A DNA stretch of 64,000 nucleotides from an uncultured cyanobacterium (GTDB lineage: Bacteria; Cyanobacteriota; Cyanobacteriia; Pseudanabaenales; Pseudanabaenaceae), in assembly GCA_963703315.1 (NCBI GenBank), contig OY969811.1:1728001-1792000 (forward strand). Direction: 5' to 3'. The notes under the pieces are model-generated. The model ran no database searches and had not been told where the DNA came from. It saw nothing but the letters and a program-made list of their open reading frames with translations. Of the stretch, positions 18,428 through 28,380 are shown one piece after another. Both the position numbers and the translations under genes were made by a program. The stretch's first letter is position 1. Every line of letters begins with the position of its first letter.

Positions 18428-19312
18428 ATGTCTAACATATTTTATTTAGGTTGTGCGGTTTGGGCGTTTAAGGGTTGGGTAGGTGATTTCTATCCGAAAG
18501 GCAGTCGCTCAACGGAATTTTTGCAGCTTTACAGCGATCGCCTGTTGACGGTAGAGGTAAATTCGACTTTTTATGTAATCCCCGATCGCCAAACAATCGA
18601 GCGCTGGGCAAAGGAGACACCCACATATTTTAGGTTTTGTCCAAAGTTTCCGAAACATTTCACCCATAACGGTTTGTTGTTGCCATCTATCGAGCAAGCT
18701 TTTCAGTTTTTAGATTTGATATCGGGTTTTAGCGATCGCTTAGGCGTGTCATTTATCCAGTTACCGCCCAGCTATAGCCCCGCAAATTTTACGGATTTAG
18801 AAAATTTTCTGAAAGCATTACCAACTCAGGATTATCAAATCGCTCTAGAAGTGCGTCATGCTGATTGGTTTAAGCCGAATTATAGCGATCGCCTCAATCA
18901 GTTATTACAAAGTTTAGGGATTGGTCGCGTATTACTAGATTCACGCCCCATTTATGACTTGCCCTTTGGTGATGACATTGATCCTGCGTTGGCGATGCCA
19001 GTGCAGCAGGAACGCCGCAAACCCAATTTGCCTTTACAGCCTGTAGTGACAGCCCCTTTTAGTATCGTGCGGTTTATCAGTCACCCTGATCGCGATTTGA
19101 ATATTCGCTTTTGGCAAGAATGGGTAAATTATTTACAGGATTGGCTCACACAGGGAACTCAAGTTTATTTCTTTATGCACTGCCCGATCGAAGAGCGATC
19201 GCCCCACAATTTAAAGTACTTTCAGGAAATGTTAGAAAAAGCAAATGTTCCAGTGCCAGTGTTACCTTGGGATCAGCTTATTCCACCACCACAGCAATTA
19301 ACCCTCTTTTAA
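18428..19312 (+). CDS. DUF72 family protein
   Basis: YLGCAVW..GW..FYP, TVEVNSTFY, IQLPPSY, ALEVRH. Confidence 0.9.
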   Translation: MSNIFYLGCAVWAFKGWVGDFYPKGSRSTEFLQLYSDRLLTVEVNSTFYVIPDRQTIERWAKETPTYFRFCPKFPKHFTHNGLLLPSIEQAFQFLDLISGFSDRLGVSFIQLPPSYSPANFTDLENFLKALPTQDYQIALEVRHADWFKPNYSDRLNQLLQSLGIGRVLLDSRPIYDLPFGDDIDPALAMPVQQERRKPNLPLQPVVTAPFSIVRFISHPDRDLNIRFWQEWVNYLQDWLTQGTQVYFFMHCPIEERSPHNLKYFQEMLEKANVPVPVLPWDQLIPPPQQLTLF

Positions 19313-19313
19313 C

Positions 19314-19688
19314 ATGATCACAATTAAATCAGTTTTACGGGTCTTGCTTGCGATATTCATGATCACCGCAGGTACACTTCACTGGGTAACACCCGATCCC
19401 TTTGTCAAGATCGTTCCTTCTTTTTTACCTGCTCCTTTAGCTTTGGTCTACATTAGTGGCGTATTTGAAATTTTAGGTGGAGTTGGCTTGTTAGTTCCAC
19501 TAGTAAGTCAAGCCGCAGCATGGGGATTGATCGCCCTATTTATTGCCGTATTTCCTGCCAATATCAATATGGCAGTTAATCGTATTCAAATGGATGGAAT
19601 TCCCGACTCAGACCTATTACGATGGGGACGATTGCCATTGCAAGCAGTCCTCATCGCTTGGGCTTGGTGGTACACCAAACGAGACTGA
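19314..19688 (+). CDS. DoxX-like membrane protein
   Basis: AGTLH..P, LVYISGVFEILGG, AVFPANINMA, RLPLQ. Confidence 0.8.
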   Translation: MITIKSVLRVLLAIFMITAGTLHWVTPDPFVKIVPSFLPAPLALVYISGVFEILGGVGLLVPLVSQAAAWGLIALFIAVFPANINMAVNRIQMDGIPDSDLLRWGRLPLQAVLIAWAWWYTKRD

Positions 19689-19761
19689 GTATTGTATGGG
19701 GCAACTTTGCCGCGCCTTACAATATAACCATTAGGCATACTCACCTCACCAATATCAAGTT

Positions 19762-21333
19762 ATGAGCCAATCTCAACTAAATTCCAGCGATCGCTATGCA
19801 GAATTTATTCAACCTGTGGATGAATTCAATCGGGCTTTGATTGCGAATGTCCACCCCTTAGATTGGGTAAATCCTCAGCCAGCCCCTCTGTACGATCTGG
19901 TAGTGATTGGTGCGGGAACGGCGGGCTTAGTAGTGGCGGCAGGGGCAGCAGGTTTGGGATTAGGGCTGAAAGTTGCCTTAATTGAGAAGAACTTGATGGG
20001 CGGTGATTGTCTGAATGTTGGTTGCGTTCCTTCCAAATGCGTGATTCGTTCATCGCGAGTAGTTGCCGATATCCTTGATGCTGCGAGATTTGGCATTAAT
20101 CCACCCCAAAATATTGATATCGATTTTGCTGCCGTAATGGAAAGAATGCGAAAGATCCGTGCTGGCATTAGTCACCATGATTCTGCTGAGCGATTTCGCA
20201 ATCTTGGTGTCGATGTATTTCTCGGCTCAGCAAGCTTTATTGATCACAAAGCGATCGCTGTTAATAGCACCAAATCAAACATCAAATTAAACTTTAAAAA
20301 AGCGGCAATTGCCACAGGCGCAAGGGCATCTGATCCACAAATAGCAGGACTTGCCGAAGCAGGATGTTTAACCAATGAAACTGTATTTTCTCTCACCGAT
20401 CGCCCCAAAAGATTAGCAGTCATCGGTGGCGGTGCAATTGGTTGTGAACTAGCGCAAGCCTTTCAGCGTTTGGGATGTCAAGTCTCATTACTGCATAAAA
20501 ATCCACGTTTGATGGATCGCGAGGATGCTGATGTGTCAGAAATTATGCAGCAGGGATTTGTCCGTGAGGGTGTGAATTTAGTACTTGACTGTGCGATCGC
20601 CCAAGTAGAAAAAACTAGCACTGGCAAAATCATCCATTATCAACAAAATGGCATTAATCACCAAATAGAAGTCGATGAAATTCTCGTCGGTGCAGGGCGA
20701 TCTCCCAATGTTGAAGGCTTGAATCTAGAAGCTGCGGGTGTGGACTATGACAAACGGCGAGGCGTATTTGTCAATGATTATCTCCAAACTACGAATCCCC
20801 AGATTTTCGCCGCAGGGGACATCTGCATGAATTGGAAGTTTACCCACGCCGCCGATGCTGCTGCGCGAATCGTGATTAAAAACACGCTCTTTTCTCCCTT
20901 TGGTTTAGGCAAAAGTAAGCTCAGCGATTTGGTCATGCCTTGGGTGACCTATACCGATCCTGAAATTGCCCATGTGGGTTTATATGCCAAGGAAGCCAAA
21001 GCGCAAGGCTTAGAAACCGATGAAATTAAGATTCCCTTTAGTTCAGTCGATCGCGCTATTTATGATGGCGAAACGGAAGGCTTTGTGAAAATCTTGCATC
21101 AACGCGGCTCGGATCGCATTCTTGGAGCCACAATCGTGGCGCGTCATGCTGGTGAGATGATTAGCGAAATTACTTTAGCGATCGCCTCTAAACAGGGATT
21201 AAATACTCTTTCTAGTGTCATTCATGCCTACCCCACTCAAGCCGATGCTATCAAGAAAGCCGCCGATGCCTATCGTAAAACTTTGCTAACCCCACGCACA
21301 CAAGCATTTTTAAAGTTTTTAACTAAGATTTAG
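19762..21333 (+). CDS. Pyridine nucleotide-disulfide oxidoreductase (LpdA/MerA-like family)
   Basis: GAGTAG, GGDCLNVGCVPSK redox disulfide, GGGAIGCE, HAYPT; no MerA C-terminal Cys-Cys. Confidence 0.9.
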   Translation: MSQSQLNSSDRYAEFIQPVDEFNRALIANVHPLDWVNPQPAPLYDLVVIGAGTAGLVVAAGAAGLGLGLKVALIEKNLMGGDCLNVGCVPSKCVIRSSRVVADILDAARFGINPPQNIDIDFAAVMERMRKIRAGISHHDSAERFRNLGVDVFLGSASFIDHKAIAVNSTKSNIKLNFKKAAIATGARASDPQIAGLAEAGCLTNETVFSLTDRPKRLAVIGGGAIGCELAQAFQRLGCQVSLLHKNPRLMDREDADVSEIMQQGFVREGVNLVLDCAIAQVEKTSTGKIIHYQQNGINHQIEVDEILVGAGRSPNVEGLNLEAAGVDYDKRRGVFVNDYLQTTNPQIFAAGDICMNWKFTHAADAAARIVIKNTLFSPFGLGKSKLSDLVMPWVTYTDPEIAHVGLYAKEAKAQGLETDEIKIPFSSVDRAIYDGETEGFVKILHQRGSDRILGATIVARHAGEMISEITLAIASKQGLNTLSSVIHAYPTQADAIKKAADAYRKTLLTPRTQAFLKFLTKI

Positions 21334-21359
21334 AATTTTTGTAGCGCGGCGAAGCCGCG

Positions 21360-21548
21360 CTACAAAAAGTCTGGTTCCTTTGCGCCAGTTAGTTTTCCAG
21401 TACCACCGCAAAACGAGCAGTTTTCTTCTCTCTGAATCTCGCCAGAACAGTCGCGAATTTGAATGTAGCCTTTACCTTCACAATGATGACAAGATTGAGG
21501 CTTTTGTGTGGAAGTTGTAAGGCGATCGCCTGCTAATTTTTCTGACAT
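21360..21548 (-). CDS. Small DnaJ-like zinc-finger protein
   Basis: CHHCEGKG and CSFCGGTG (CxxCxGxG twice). Confidence 0.7.
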   Translation of the reverse strand: MSEKLAGDRLTTSTQKPQSCHHCEGKGYIQIRDCSGEIQREENCSFCGGTGKLTGAKEPDFL

Positions 21549-21558
21549 ATTGTTGTAG

Positions 21559-22145
<587 letters not shown>

Positions 22146-22187
22146 TTAAACTCCTCATCCAAATCATCTAATATATTTTTAATGTAT

Positions 22188-23228
22188 CTAAAAATTTTCA
22201 TGCAGTGTGAATTCTGCCCAAGGATCTTCTGTTAGTATTCTTCCAATACCTAACAAAGAGGGCATACTAGGGCTTCTCATAAAAAAGTTATAATCTGGTG
22301 CAAAATCTGGAGGGAATTGTATTTCTTTACAAATTGCCACAGCAAAATCTTCACAGGCGGCTAAAGTCTCACGAACAAAGTATGCAACAAAATAATTTAA
22401 AGAACCAATAGAACCATTTTCTAAAATTTCTTCTGGAAACTGCATGAGTTCACGAAAGGTTAATGGTGATGAATTTACTCCAATAGAAAAACCTTTCTTA
22501 TCAACATAAATTAAAGGCTCTTGAATAGGTTGATGAACAATTGAATCTCGTACATCTCTCAGTTTACAAAAGAAAGGAGCATATTTTGAATACCATTCTG
22601 CAAGTCTTGGGCTAATCCCAAAACGCTTTTGAATATCTTCAGGAGACTGAATTACGTTGTTAAATAAAACTATGCGTGCAAAACTCTTGGGTAATTCTTT
22701 TTTTTTAGTAGAGCTATCGATCAGATTGATAGTGTCCCATATTCTAGAGACAATTTCTTGAAGTAAGTCAAATATACTGCGGCAAGTCAAAAGGAGATAC
22801 TCTAATTCCGTAGTAACCAATCTAGGTGTAATCTCAAAATCCCCAAATGAACGAATCAAATCCATCTTTTTCAAACTTGCTCCAATGTTAAAAACATCTG
22901 ATATAAGTGCTGATGTAAACGATTTAATTTGTTTGAGATCAATATGTTTATAAATAAAGTCAATAAAAAGAAAATAAGCATCACTATTAAGAACTGGCTG
23001 TGTTGCTAGATAAATAGATTCTATGCAACCATGTATCTGGATAGGTTGCAAAAGCCCATTCTCTAAAGGAAACCAACAATGCCATTGTTTACCATCATGG
23101 AACATATGAACGGGAATAGGTCTTCCTTTTAGATGCTCAAGTTTTAAGTAAGGAAGAGCTTCAGGATAGATAGCGCTATAGTCATTTGAATCACCTTGCA
23201 TAAAAACCTTATGAATATTTTTAGTCAT
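22188..23228 (-). CDS. Hypothetical protein with a HEPN-like domain
   Basis: ELEY..RSIFDLL and RDSIVH (Rx4H); AT-rich, no HIP1 sites seen. Confidence 0.6.
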   Translation of the reverse strand: MTKNIHKVFMQGDSNDYSAIYPEALPYLKLEHLKGRPIPVHMFHDGKQWHCWFPLENGLLQPIQIHGCIESIYLATQPVLNSDAYFLFIDFIYKHIDLKQIKSFTSALISDVFNIGASLKKMDLIRSFGDFEITPRLVTTELEYLLLTCRSIFDLLQEIVSRIWDTINLIDSSTKKKELPKSFARIVLFNNVIQSPEDIQKRFGISPRLAEWYSKYAPFFCKLRDVRDSIVHQPIQEPLIYVDKKGFSIGVNSSPLTFRELMQFPEEILENGSIGSLNYFVAYFVRETLAACEDFAVAICKEIQFPPDFAPDYNFFMRSPSMPSLLGIGRILTEDPWAEFTLHENF

Positions 23229-23238
23229 AACTTTTATA

Positions 23239-24201
23239 TCATTCTAAATCAACTAAGCTCAACCTTGAGGTTTGTTCTTTTTTACCTAGAGATACTTCTA
23301 ACTTCTTCAAAAGCTCTATACTCACTTCCGCAAAAGCTTTAGCTCCACTTGAATTGTGATTAGAAATAGACACAGGCACGAAGTTATCTACGGCTTTGGC
23401 AATATTTACATCATTGGGAATTTTGGTTTTAAAAATCTTGGCTGTGCCAAAGTCCGTCGCGACTCGATCCATCACCTTTTGATAATATCTGCTCAGTGTA
23501 AAACCTGCTGACATACTGAAGACAATACCCAAAAGTTGAATATTAATTGAGTTATCTTCTCGATAGACTTCACGCAATCTTTCAATGCGTCTTTCTAATA
23601 GCTGAATACCAACTACCGATAGAGGCTCAGGTCGCGCTGGCATCAGGTAATAATCGCTGGCGACAATGCTGCTACGTGTAATCAGGTTATAGCCGGGGGC
23701 GCAGTCGAGAATGATGAAATCGTAGTTTTTAATTGCAGGGGCAAGAATGCCTTTAATTAAGGTTTGCTCAAATCGGCTCCAAGTTTGCTGAAAGGTTTGC
23801 TTTTCTTCGTATAGCAGCGATCGGTTATACAGCATTTCGGAAACGAGAAATTCATCGTATAGATCAATATCTCCAACTAATAGATCTAAGCCTTGTACTT
23901 TGCAAACATGGGGAATAACAATATCTTTAATTTGGTAGACTTTTTCTTCAGGATCTTCGACCTGTACACCATAACGGGCGATCGCCTGACTAACTAAATG
24001 TCTAAGGGTGCGATTTTCTTTACGACACTTGGCAAACTCGGCTGGGGAAATCATGCTGAGGGTGGCGCTGATTTGGGTATCTAAATCGACGACTAAGACC
24101 TTTTTACGATGGATTTTTGCTAAACAGGTGGCAATATTTACAGTTAAGGTGGTTTTGCCGACTCCACCTTTCATATTGACCGTCGCGATTACTTGACCCA
24201 T
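23239..24201 (-). CDS. ParA/Soj-family ATPase (no adjacent parB)
   Basis: NMKGGVGKTT, VVDLDTQISAT, ILDCAPG. Confidence 0.9.
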   Translation of the reverse strand: MGQVIATVNMKGGVGKTTLTVNIATCLAKIHRKKVLVVDLDTQISATLSMISPAEFAKCRKENRTLRHLVSQAIARYGVQVEDPEEKVYQIKDIVIPHVCKVQGLDLLVGDIDLYDEFLVSEMLYNRSLLYEEKQTFQQTWSRFEQTLIKGILAPAIKNYDFIILDCAPGYNLITRSSIVASDYYLMPARPEPLSVVGIQLLERRIERLREVYREDNSINIQLLGIVFSMSAGFTLSRYYQKVMDRVATDFGTAKIFKTKIPNDVNIAKAVDNFVPVSISNHNSSGAKAFAEVSIELLKKLEVSLGKKEQTSRLSLVDLE

Positions 24202-24362
24202 GATTTCAATACCCACAAAATACAGTTTTTAAAAGGTGAAGCTCGGTGAAGCTCTTTGAGCCGTTTATCCTAAATCATTTTTAGTGAGTTAACAATACAC
24301 CATTCAACTGGTAAGTAATCAGTAGAAAATCATCATGGTAGAGACTATGCAAAGTAATGACT

Positions 24363-24917
24363 CTAGTTAAGGTTTGGGTTCACAACATGACCTCTGGTGG
24401 GGTCAGGAATAAATAAACCAAGACGGAGCGATCGCAATAGGGCTTCCCAGACTGCACGCATTTGCTCCTCGCCTTCTGTCCAATAGTCAAAGGTAAACAA
24501 GACCTGAACATTGCCGCCAATGCCTACTAAAATGCGCGAGGTTGCCTCTCTTTTTTCGGTAGCATCAATATAGCGAATATCTGCCCAAACTAGCCTCATA
24601 CCATCACGATTGGCACTGGTAACTTTGCCTTTATAGAGAATTTCGCGATCGTCGTCATCCAGAATTTGCTGAAGAGTTTTTTTGAGCGGAAATGTCGTCC
24701 AATCGTTAGGGGGCAAGCGATTAAAGGACATTTCTAATGCGCCTGTATCATCGGTTGGCTCAAAATCATGGAAGCTGACGGACTTTTCTTTAAATTTCAC
24801 GATCCAGTCTTTCGGGAAATCAAAGCGCACAGCGCCGCGATCGGCAACAAATATTTTGTAGCCTTTTTCCGACTCCCAACCATGATCGTCCCTTAAAGTG
24901 AAGTCTTTTTTTCTCAT
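24363..24917 (-). CDS. Hypothetical protein
   Basis: 184-aa ORF with ATG start and globular composition; no family recognised with confidence. Confidence 0.7.
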   Translation of the reverse strand: MRKKDFTLRDDHGWESEKGYKIFVADRGAVRFDFPKDWIVKFKEKSVSFHDFEPTDDTGALEMSFNRLPPNDWTTFPLKKTLQQILDDDDREILYKGKVTSANRDGMRLVWADIRYIDATEKREATSRILVGIGGNVQVLFTFDYWTEGEEQMRAVWEALLRSLRLGLFIPDPTRGHVVNPNLN

Positions 24918-24968
24918 GTTTTTGCATAAAAGTAGAAGAGGACATTTTGCGTCCTCCTCTACTTTATT

Positions 24969-25640
24969 TTATTTTTGGGAAAATGCGGGTAAAACAAAGG
25001 CGATCGCAATACCAACGATAACAAGTATTTCAAAAATCAATAGAACCGTGCTAGAAGGTTTGAGTTGAAATCCTTTAAACCAAGACTTGGGCATATCTTC
25101 AGCGCGAACTTTCCAATTGTAGATAGATAGCAATAGTGGCAATCCGCCTACCTTAGCACTCATCAGTAGATGCATTGCTATAGAAACAATCATTAATAAC
25201 CATGAAATCAAATGTCCGATGTACCAAACATGGTTCAATTCTTCATTAGGTAGCCATTCCTCTTGCATCATTCGACCTGTAATCACCGCAAAGGTAGCAG
25301 ATAGAAGGATAAGTGTATTAGTGAGACGCTGTAGAGATATCCACCAAATGGGTTTACCCACTTCTGTAAGCTGTCTAAGTGATTGAGCCTGAACTAAGCG
25401 TCGTGAACCTAGGTGGAAGCAATATATAGCAAAAATTGGTAAGAGAATTAAGAATGTTAAAGCGATCGTGCCGTGAATTCCTTGGGTATTGGGAACTATC
25501 GGTAAGTTAAGAGTCCCAAATCGCTTATCAAATCGGTCATAGACCATAAAGCCTGTAATTAAGGCTGCGAAGACTAATATAGCGATCGCACTATGCAGCA
25601 ATCTCAACAGGACAGGCTGATATGGAGTAGTTTGAGACAT
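24969..25640 (-). CDS. Cytochrome b/b6-domain (Ni-hydrogenase cytb-like) membrane protein
   Basis: RLLHS, GIHG, IGHL and AMHL His residues in TM helices; start MSQTTPYQP. Confidence 0.8.
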   Translation of the reverse strand: MSQTTPYQPVLLRLLHSAIAILVFAALITGFMVYDRFDKRFGTLNLPIVPNTQGIHGTIALTFLILLPIFAIYCFHLGSRRLVQAQSLRQLTEVGKPIWWISLQRLTNTLILLSATFAVITGRMMQEEWLPNEELNHVWYIGHLISWLLMIVSIAMHLLMSAKVGGLPLLLSIYNWKVRAEDMPKSWFKGFQLKPSSTVLLIFEILVIVGIAIAFVLPAFSQK

Positions 25641-25680
25641 GATGTTTTTGTTATAGTCCAAATAATTACATAAATAAAAC

Positions 25681-25896
25681 ATGAACAAGAAACTAATAAG
25701 TAAGGTCTTAGCGATTCTTACTGCCCACTTTGTGTTTTATATTATGATGTTTTTTACGAGTAATTCCGTTGCTAGCGCACCTGCTATATCACAAGCGCTT
25801 AAATGGTTAAGCTTTGGTATTCATGAACAGTATGGTGTTTGGACATTAATCTGTATTGCCTTTATGGCTGACTCATTTTTTAAAAGAATTCTTTAG
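25681..25896 (+). CDS. Small hydrophobic hypothetical protein
   Basis: 71 aa, two hydrophobic segments. Confidence 0.5.
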   Translation: MNKKLISKVLAILTAHFVFYIMMFFTSNSVASAPAISQALKWLSFGIHEQYGVWTLICIAFMADSFFKRIL

Positions 25897-25906
25897 GGAT
25901 ATAACA

Positions 25907-26086
25907 ATGGCAAAATTTTTGATGTATTTCGCGATGTTTGTGGGAGCAATTGTGATTGCTGCTTGGGTATCGCGTGAAGCTAGCTACTTTTTTAATAACT
26001 TGCTTTATTGGATTCGCTATAACTGGTTGCCATTCTTTGGATTAGTAGTTTTAGGAGCGATCGCCTACAAAGTTCTTAGTAAGTAA
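25907..26086 (+). CDS. Small two-TM hypothetical protein
   Basis: Start MAKFLMYF preceded by AGGGA; two hydrophobic helices. Confidence 0.6.
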   Translation: MAKFLMYFAMFVGAIVIAAWVSREASYFFNNLLYWIRYNWLPFFGLVVLGAIAYKVLSK

Positions 26087-26113
26087 GTCATGATTCAACT
26101 TGCATGATCCAAC

Positions 26114-27637
26114 ATGGTAGATAACCTAGAGCGAATTCTTACGGCTTGCGATCGCCACACACTAGCAGGTCAACGCGATTACGCAATTTTGCGATTATTG
26201 AGCGAGAATTCGCTAAAACGGCAACAGGTAGCGGCGACTAATATTAGTGATTTTGACTTTGAAGGGCGATCGCTACAGATTTACAAACGCTATAAGCGAC
26301 AAGAACAAGCCAATCAGAAGGAAATCATTAGTCTCAGTTTAGACACAGCCACCGCATTACAAGACTGGCTTAATTTGATTCATCTTCCTAGTGAAAACGA
26401 AGAGTCTCAAACACCTATATTTATATCGCTAGATCGCGCTAAGTATGGGCATAGACTGACAGGAACAGCGATCTATGGCATTGTCAAACGGGTAGCAGCT
26501 AATGCGGGCATTAATGAGGCGATCGCACCTGAACAGTTGCGATTTCGTCAAGAAAAAAATGCCTTAAACCAAGATTTTGAGACACTTAATAAGACTATAG
26601 ATGCGACTAAAGAGACTCAGTTAAGACTTAGCTCTGTATCTAATTTAGAATATGAGAATCAAGACGGGACTCATTTAGATACTAGTGAGACTCGAATAAG
26701 CGCGATTCCCTACGCCCTGACAGAATTTAATCCAGACATTCTCACTTCTCTTCTAGCCGACAAACGGAGTCTTAACACTAGACGTGCTTATGAGAAAGAT
26801 TTACGTTACTTTTTTCTTGCGGCGTACGGACAAAAGCCCACAGAGACAGTGATTGCCCAATTTTTACAATTAAATCGTTTCGAGGCGATCGCGATCGTTC
26901 TTCGCTACAAATCAGACCTGATTACACAAGGATTAAAAGAATCCACAATTAACCGCCGCCTCTCTGCCCTCAAGTCATTGGTTAATTTCGCCGCTAAATT
27001 AGGGAAATGCAATTGGAATCTCGATGATATCCAAACGGAAACTGTCCAAACCTATCGCGATACGACTGGGATTAAGCCCAATGGAATCCGCACAATGCTG
27101 TTATACATTAAACGTGACACACCAAAAGGAAAGCGTGATTTTGCAATTTTGAGACTACTTTGGGACAACGCTCTGCGTCGTAATGAAGTCGTTAGTGCGA
27201 ATATTGGTGATTTTGACTATGAAGGGCGATCGCTGCAAATTTTAGGAAAGGGACGCGGCTCTCAAAAGAGTCTTATTAGTCTTAGTTTAGGAACAGCTAA
27301 CGCAATTCAAGACTGGCTATCTCAAAACAAGACAAAAAGTTGCGATCGCCCGTTATTCTATGCCCTCGATCCTGTCAATCACGGTCACAGACTGACTGGC
27401 ACAGCAATTTACCAAATTGTTGATCAACTTGCGCGAGACTCAGGAATTTCTAAAAAAATGTCTCCTCACCGCATCCGCCACTCTGCAATCACCGCCGCCC
27501 TCGATGCCACCAATGGCAATGTTCGCAAAGTACAAAAGCTATCACGCCATAAGAAGCTCGACACTCTCATGCTCTACGACGACAATCGCACCAATATGCA
27601 AGGCGAAGTATCAAGCTTGCTAGGCGATTTAATCTAA
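26114..27637 (+). CDS. Tyrosine recombinase with a duplicated, degenerate N-terminal catalytic domain
   Basis: Core-binding domain (SLNTRRAYEKDL, STINRRLSALKSL) and catalytic R (NALRRNE), K (GKG), HRIRH, SRH, LY; residues 1-145 are homologous to the catalytic domain. Confidence 0.92.
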   Translation: MVDNLERILTACDRHTLAGQRDYAILRLLSENSLKRQQVAATNISDFDFEGRSLQIYKRYKRQEQANQKEIISLSLDTATALQDWLNLIHLPSENEESQTPIFISLDRAKYGHRLTGTAIYGIVKRVAANAGINEAIAPEQLRFRQEKNALNQDFETLNKTIDATKETQLRLSSVSNLEYENQDGTHLDTSETRISAIPYALTEFNPDILTSLLADKRSLNTRRAYEKDLRYFFLAAYGQKPTETVIAQFLQLNRFEAIAIVLRYKSDLITQGLKESTINRRLSALKSLVNFAAKLGKCNWNLDDIQTETVQTYRDTTGIKPNGIRTMLLYIKRDTPKGKRDFAILRLLWDNALRRNEVVSANIGDFDYEGRSLQILGKGRGSQKSLISLSLGTANAIQDWLSQNKTKSCDRPLFYALDPVNHGHRLTGTAIYQIVDQLARDSGISKKMSPHRIRHSAITAALDATNGNVRKVQKLSRHKKLDTLMLYDDNRTNMQGEVSSLLGDLI

Positions 27638-27703
27638 GTAGCCAGCCAGAGCTTGTGCCGCCCGCTACGCGGGCGGCACAAGCTTCTAGGTTTGGGGCAA
27701 TAT

Positions 27704-28039
27704 TCAATAAATACAAGCATCCAAAATACTCAAAACCTCAGCTAAAAGCTCATCCGCAGCAGCCTCTATCAACTTCACCTTTCTTGACTTGTAATCGATA
27801 GACTTTACCTGCTCCACCATCACATAGCCAGTTAGCCTTTTACTATTAGAAATTTCTACATGAAAAGGAAAATCACGTTTCGTATTTGTAATCGGACAGA
27901 CAATCGCTAAACCTGTATGCTGATTGAACAGAGTATTACTCACCACTAAAGCAGGTCGTCTCCCCTTCTGCTCATGTCCAGACTGCGGATCAAAAGTGAG
28001 GATAATCAAATCGCCCTTTTTGGGAATGTAACTAGCCAT
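27704..28039 (-). CDS. mazF: MazF/PemK toxin
   Basis: FDPQSGHEQKGRRPALVVS..FN..TGL..VCPIT, EQVKSID. Confidence 0.95.
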   Translation of the reverse strand: MASYIPKKGDLIILTFDPQSGHEQKGRRPALVVSNTLFNQHTGLAIVCPITNTKRDFPFHVEISNSKRLTGYVMVEQVKSIDYKSRKVKLIEAAADELLAEVLSILDACIY

Positions 28040-28288
28040 TTACCAAACTTCCAAACCCATAGGCGATCCCCAATCTTCTTCTTGAGACTTATAGTTAGAA
28101 GGGATTTTGGAAACTAGATCTTCCAGACTATACTTACCACGAATTTTGCGAATAGGCTTGATCACAATCTGCTCTTTCGTGGTGACAATCTCTAATGCGT
28201 CGCCAACCAAAATATTAGCCTCAGCTAAAACATCTTTACTAAGCCTAATTCCCTGACTGTTACCCCATTTCTGGACTTTGACTAACAT
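28040..28288 (-). CDS. mazE: MazE/AbrB antitoxin
   Basis: VQKWGNSQGIRL, YSLEDLV, DWG.P.G.EVW; abuts mazF. Confidence 0.95.
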   Translation of the reverse strand: MLVKVQKWGNSQGIRLSKDVLAEANILVGDALEIVTTKEQIVIKPIRKIRGKYSLEDLVSKIPSNYKSQEEDWGSPMGLEVW

Positions 28289-28317
28289 AACTTTTGGTAA
28301 TTATTTGTGCAAAGAAT

Positions 28318-28339
28318 GTATAGCCTAAGTATAGCCTAA
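28318..28339. promoter_or_regulatory. Tandem 11-bp repeat upstream of mazE (possible operator)
   Basis: GTATAGCCTAA twice, 30-50 bp upstream of the mazE start. Confidence 0.4.
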
Positions 28340-28380
28340 AAATAAATCTCAATTTATGCGATTTTTTATGCGATCGCATT

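Noticed and set aside
19762..21333. Mercuric reductase MerA
   Set aside because: No N-terminal HMA domain, no C-terminal Cys-Cys pair and no mer operon genes; only the family fold is supported.
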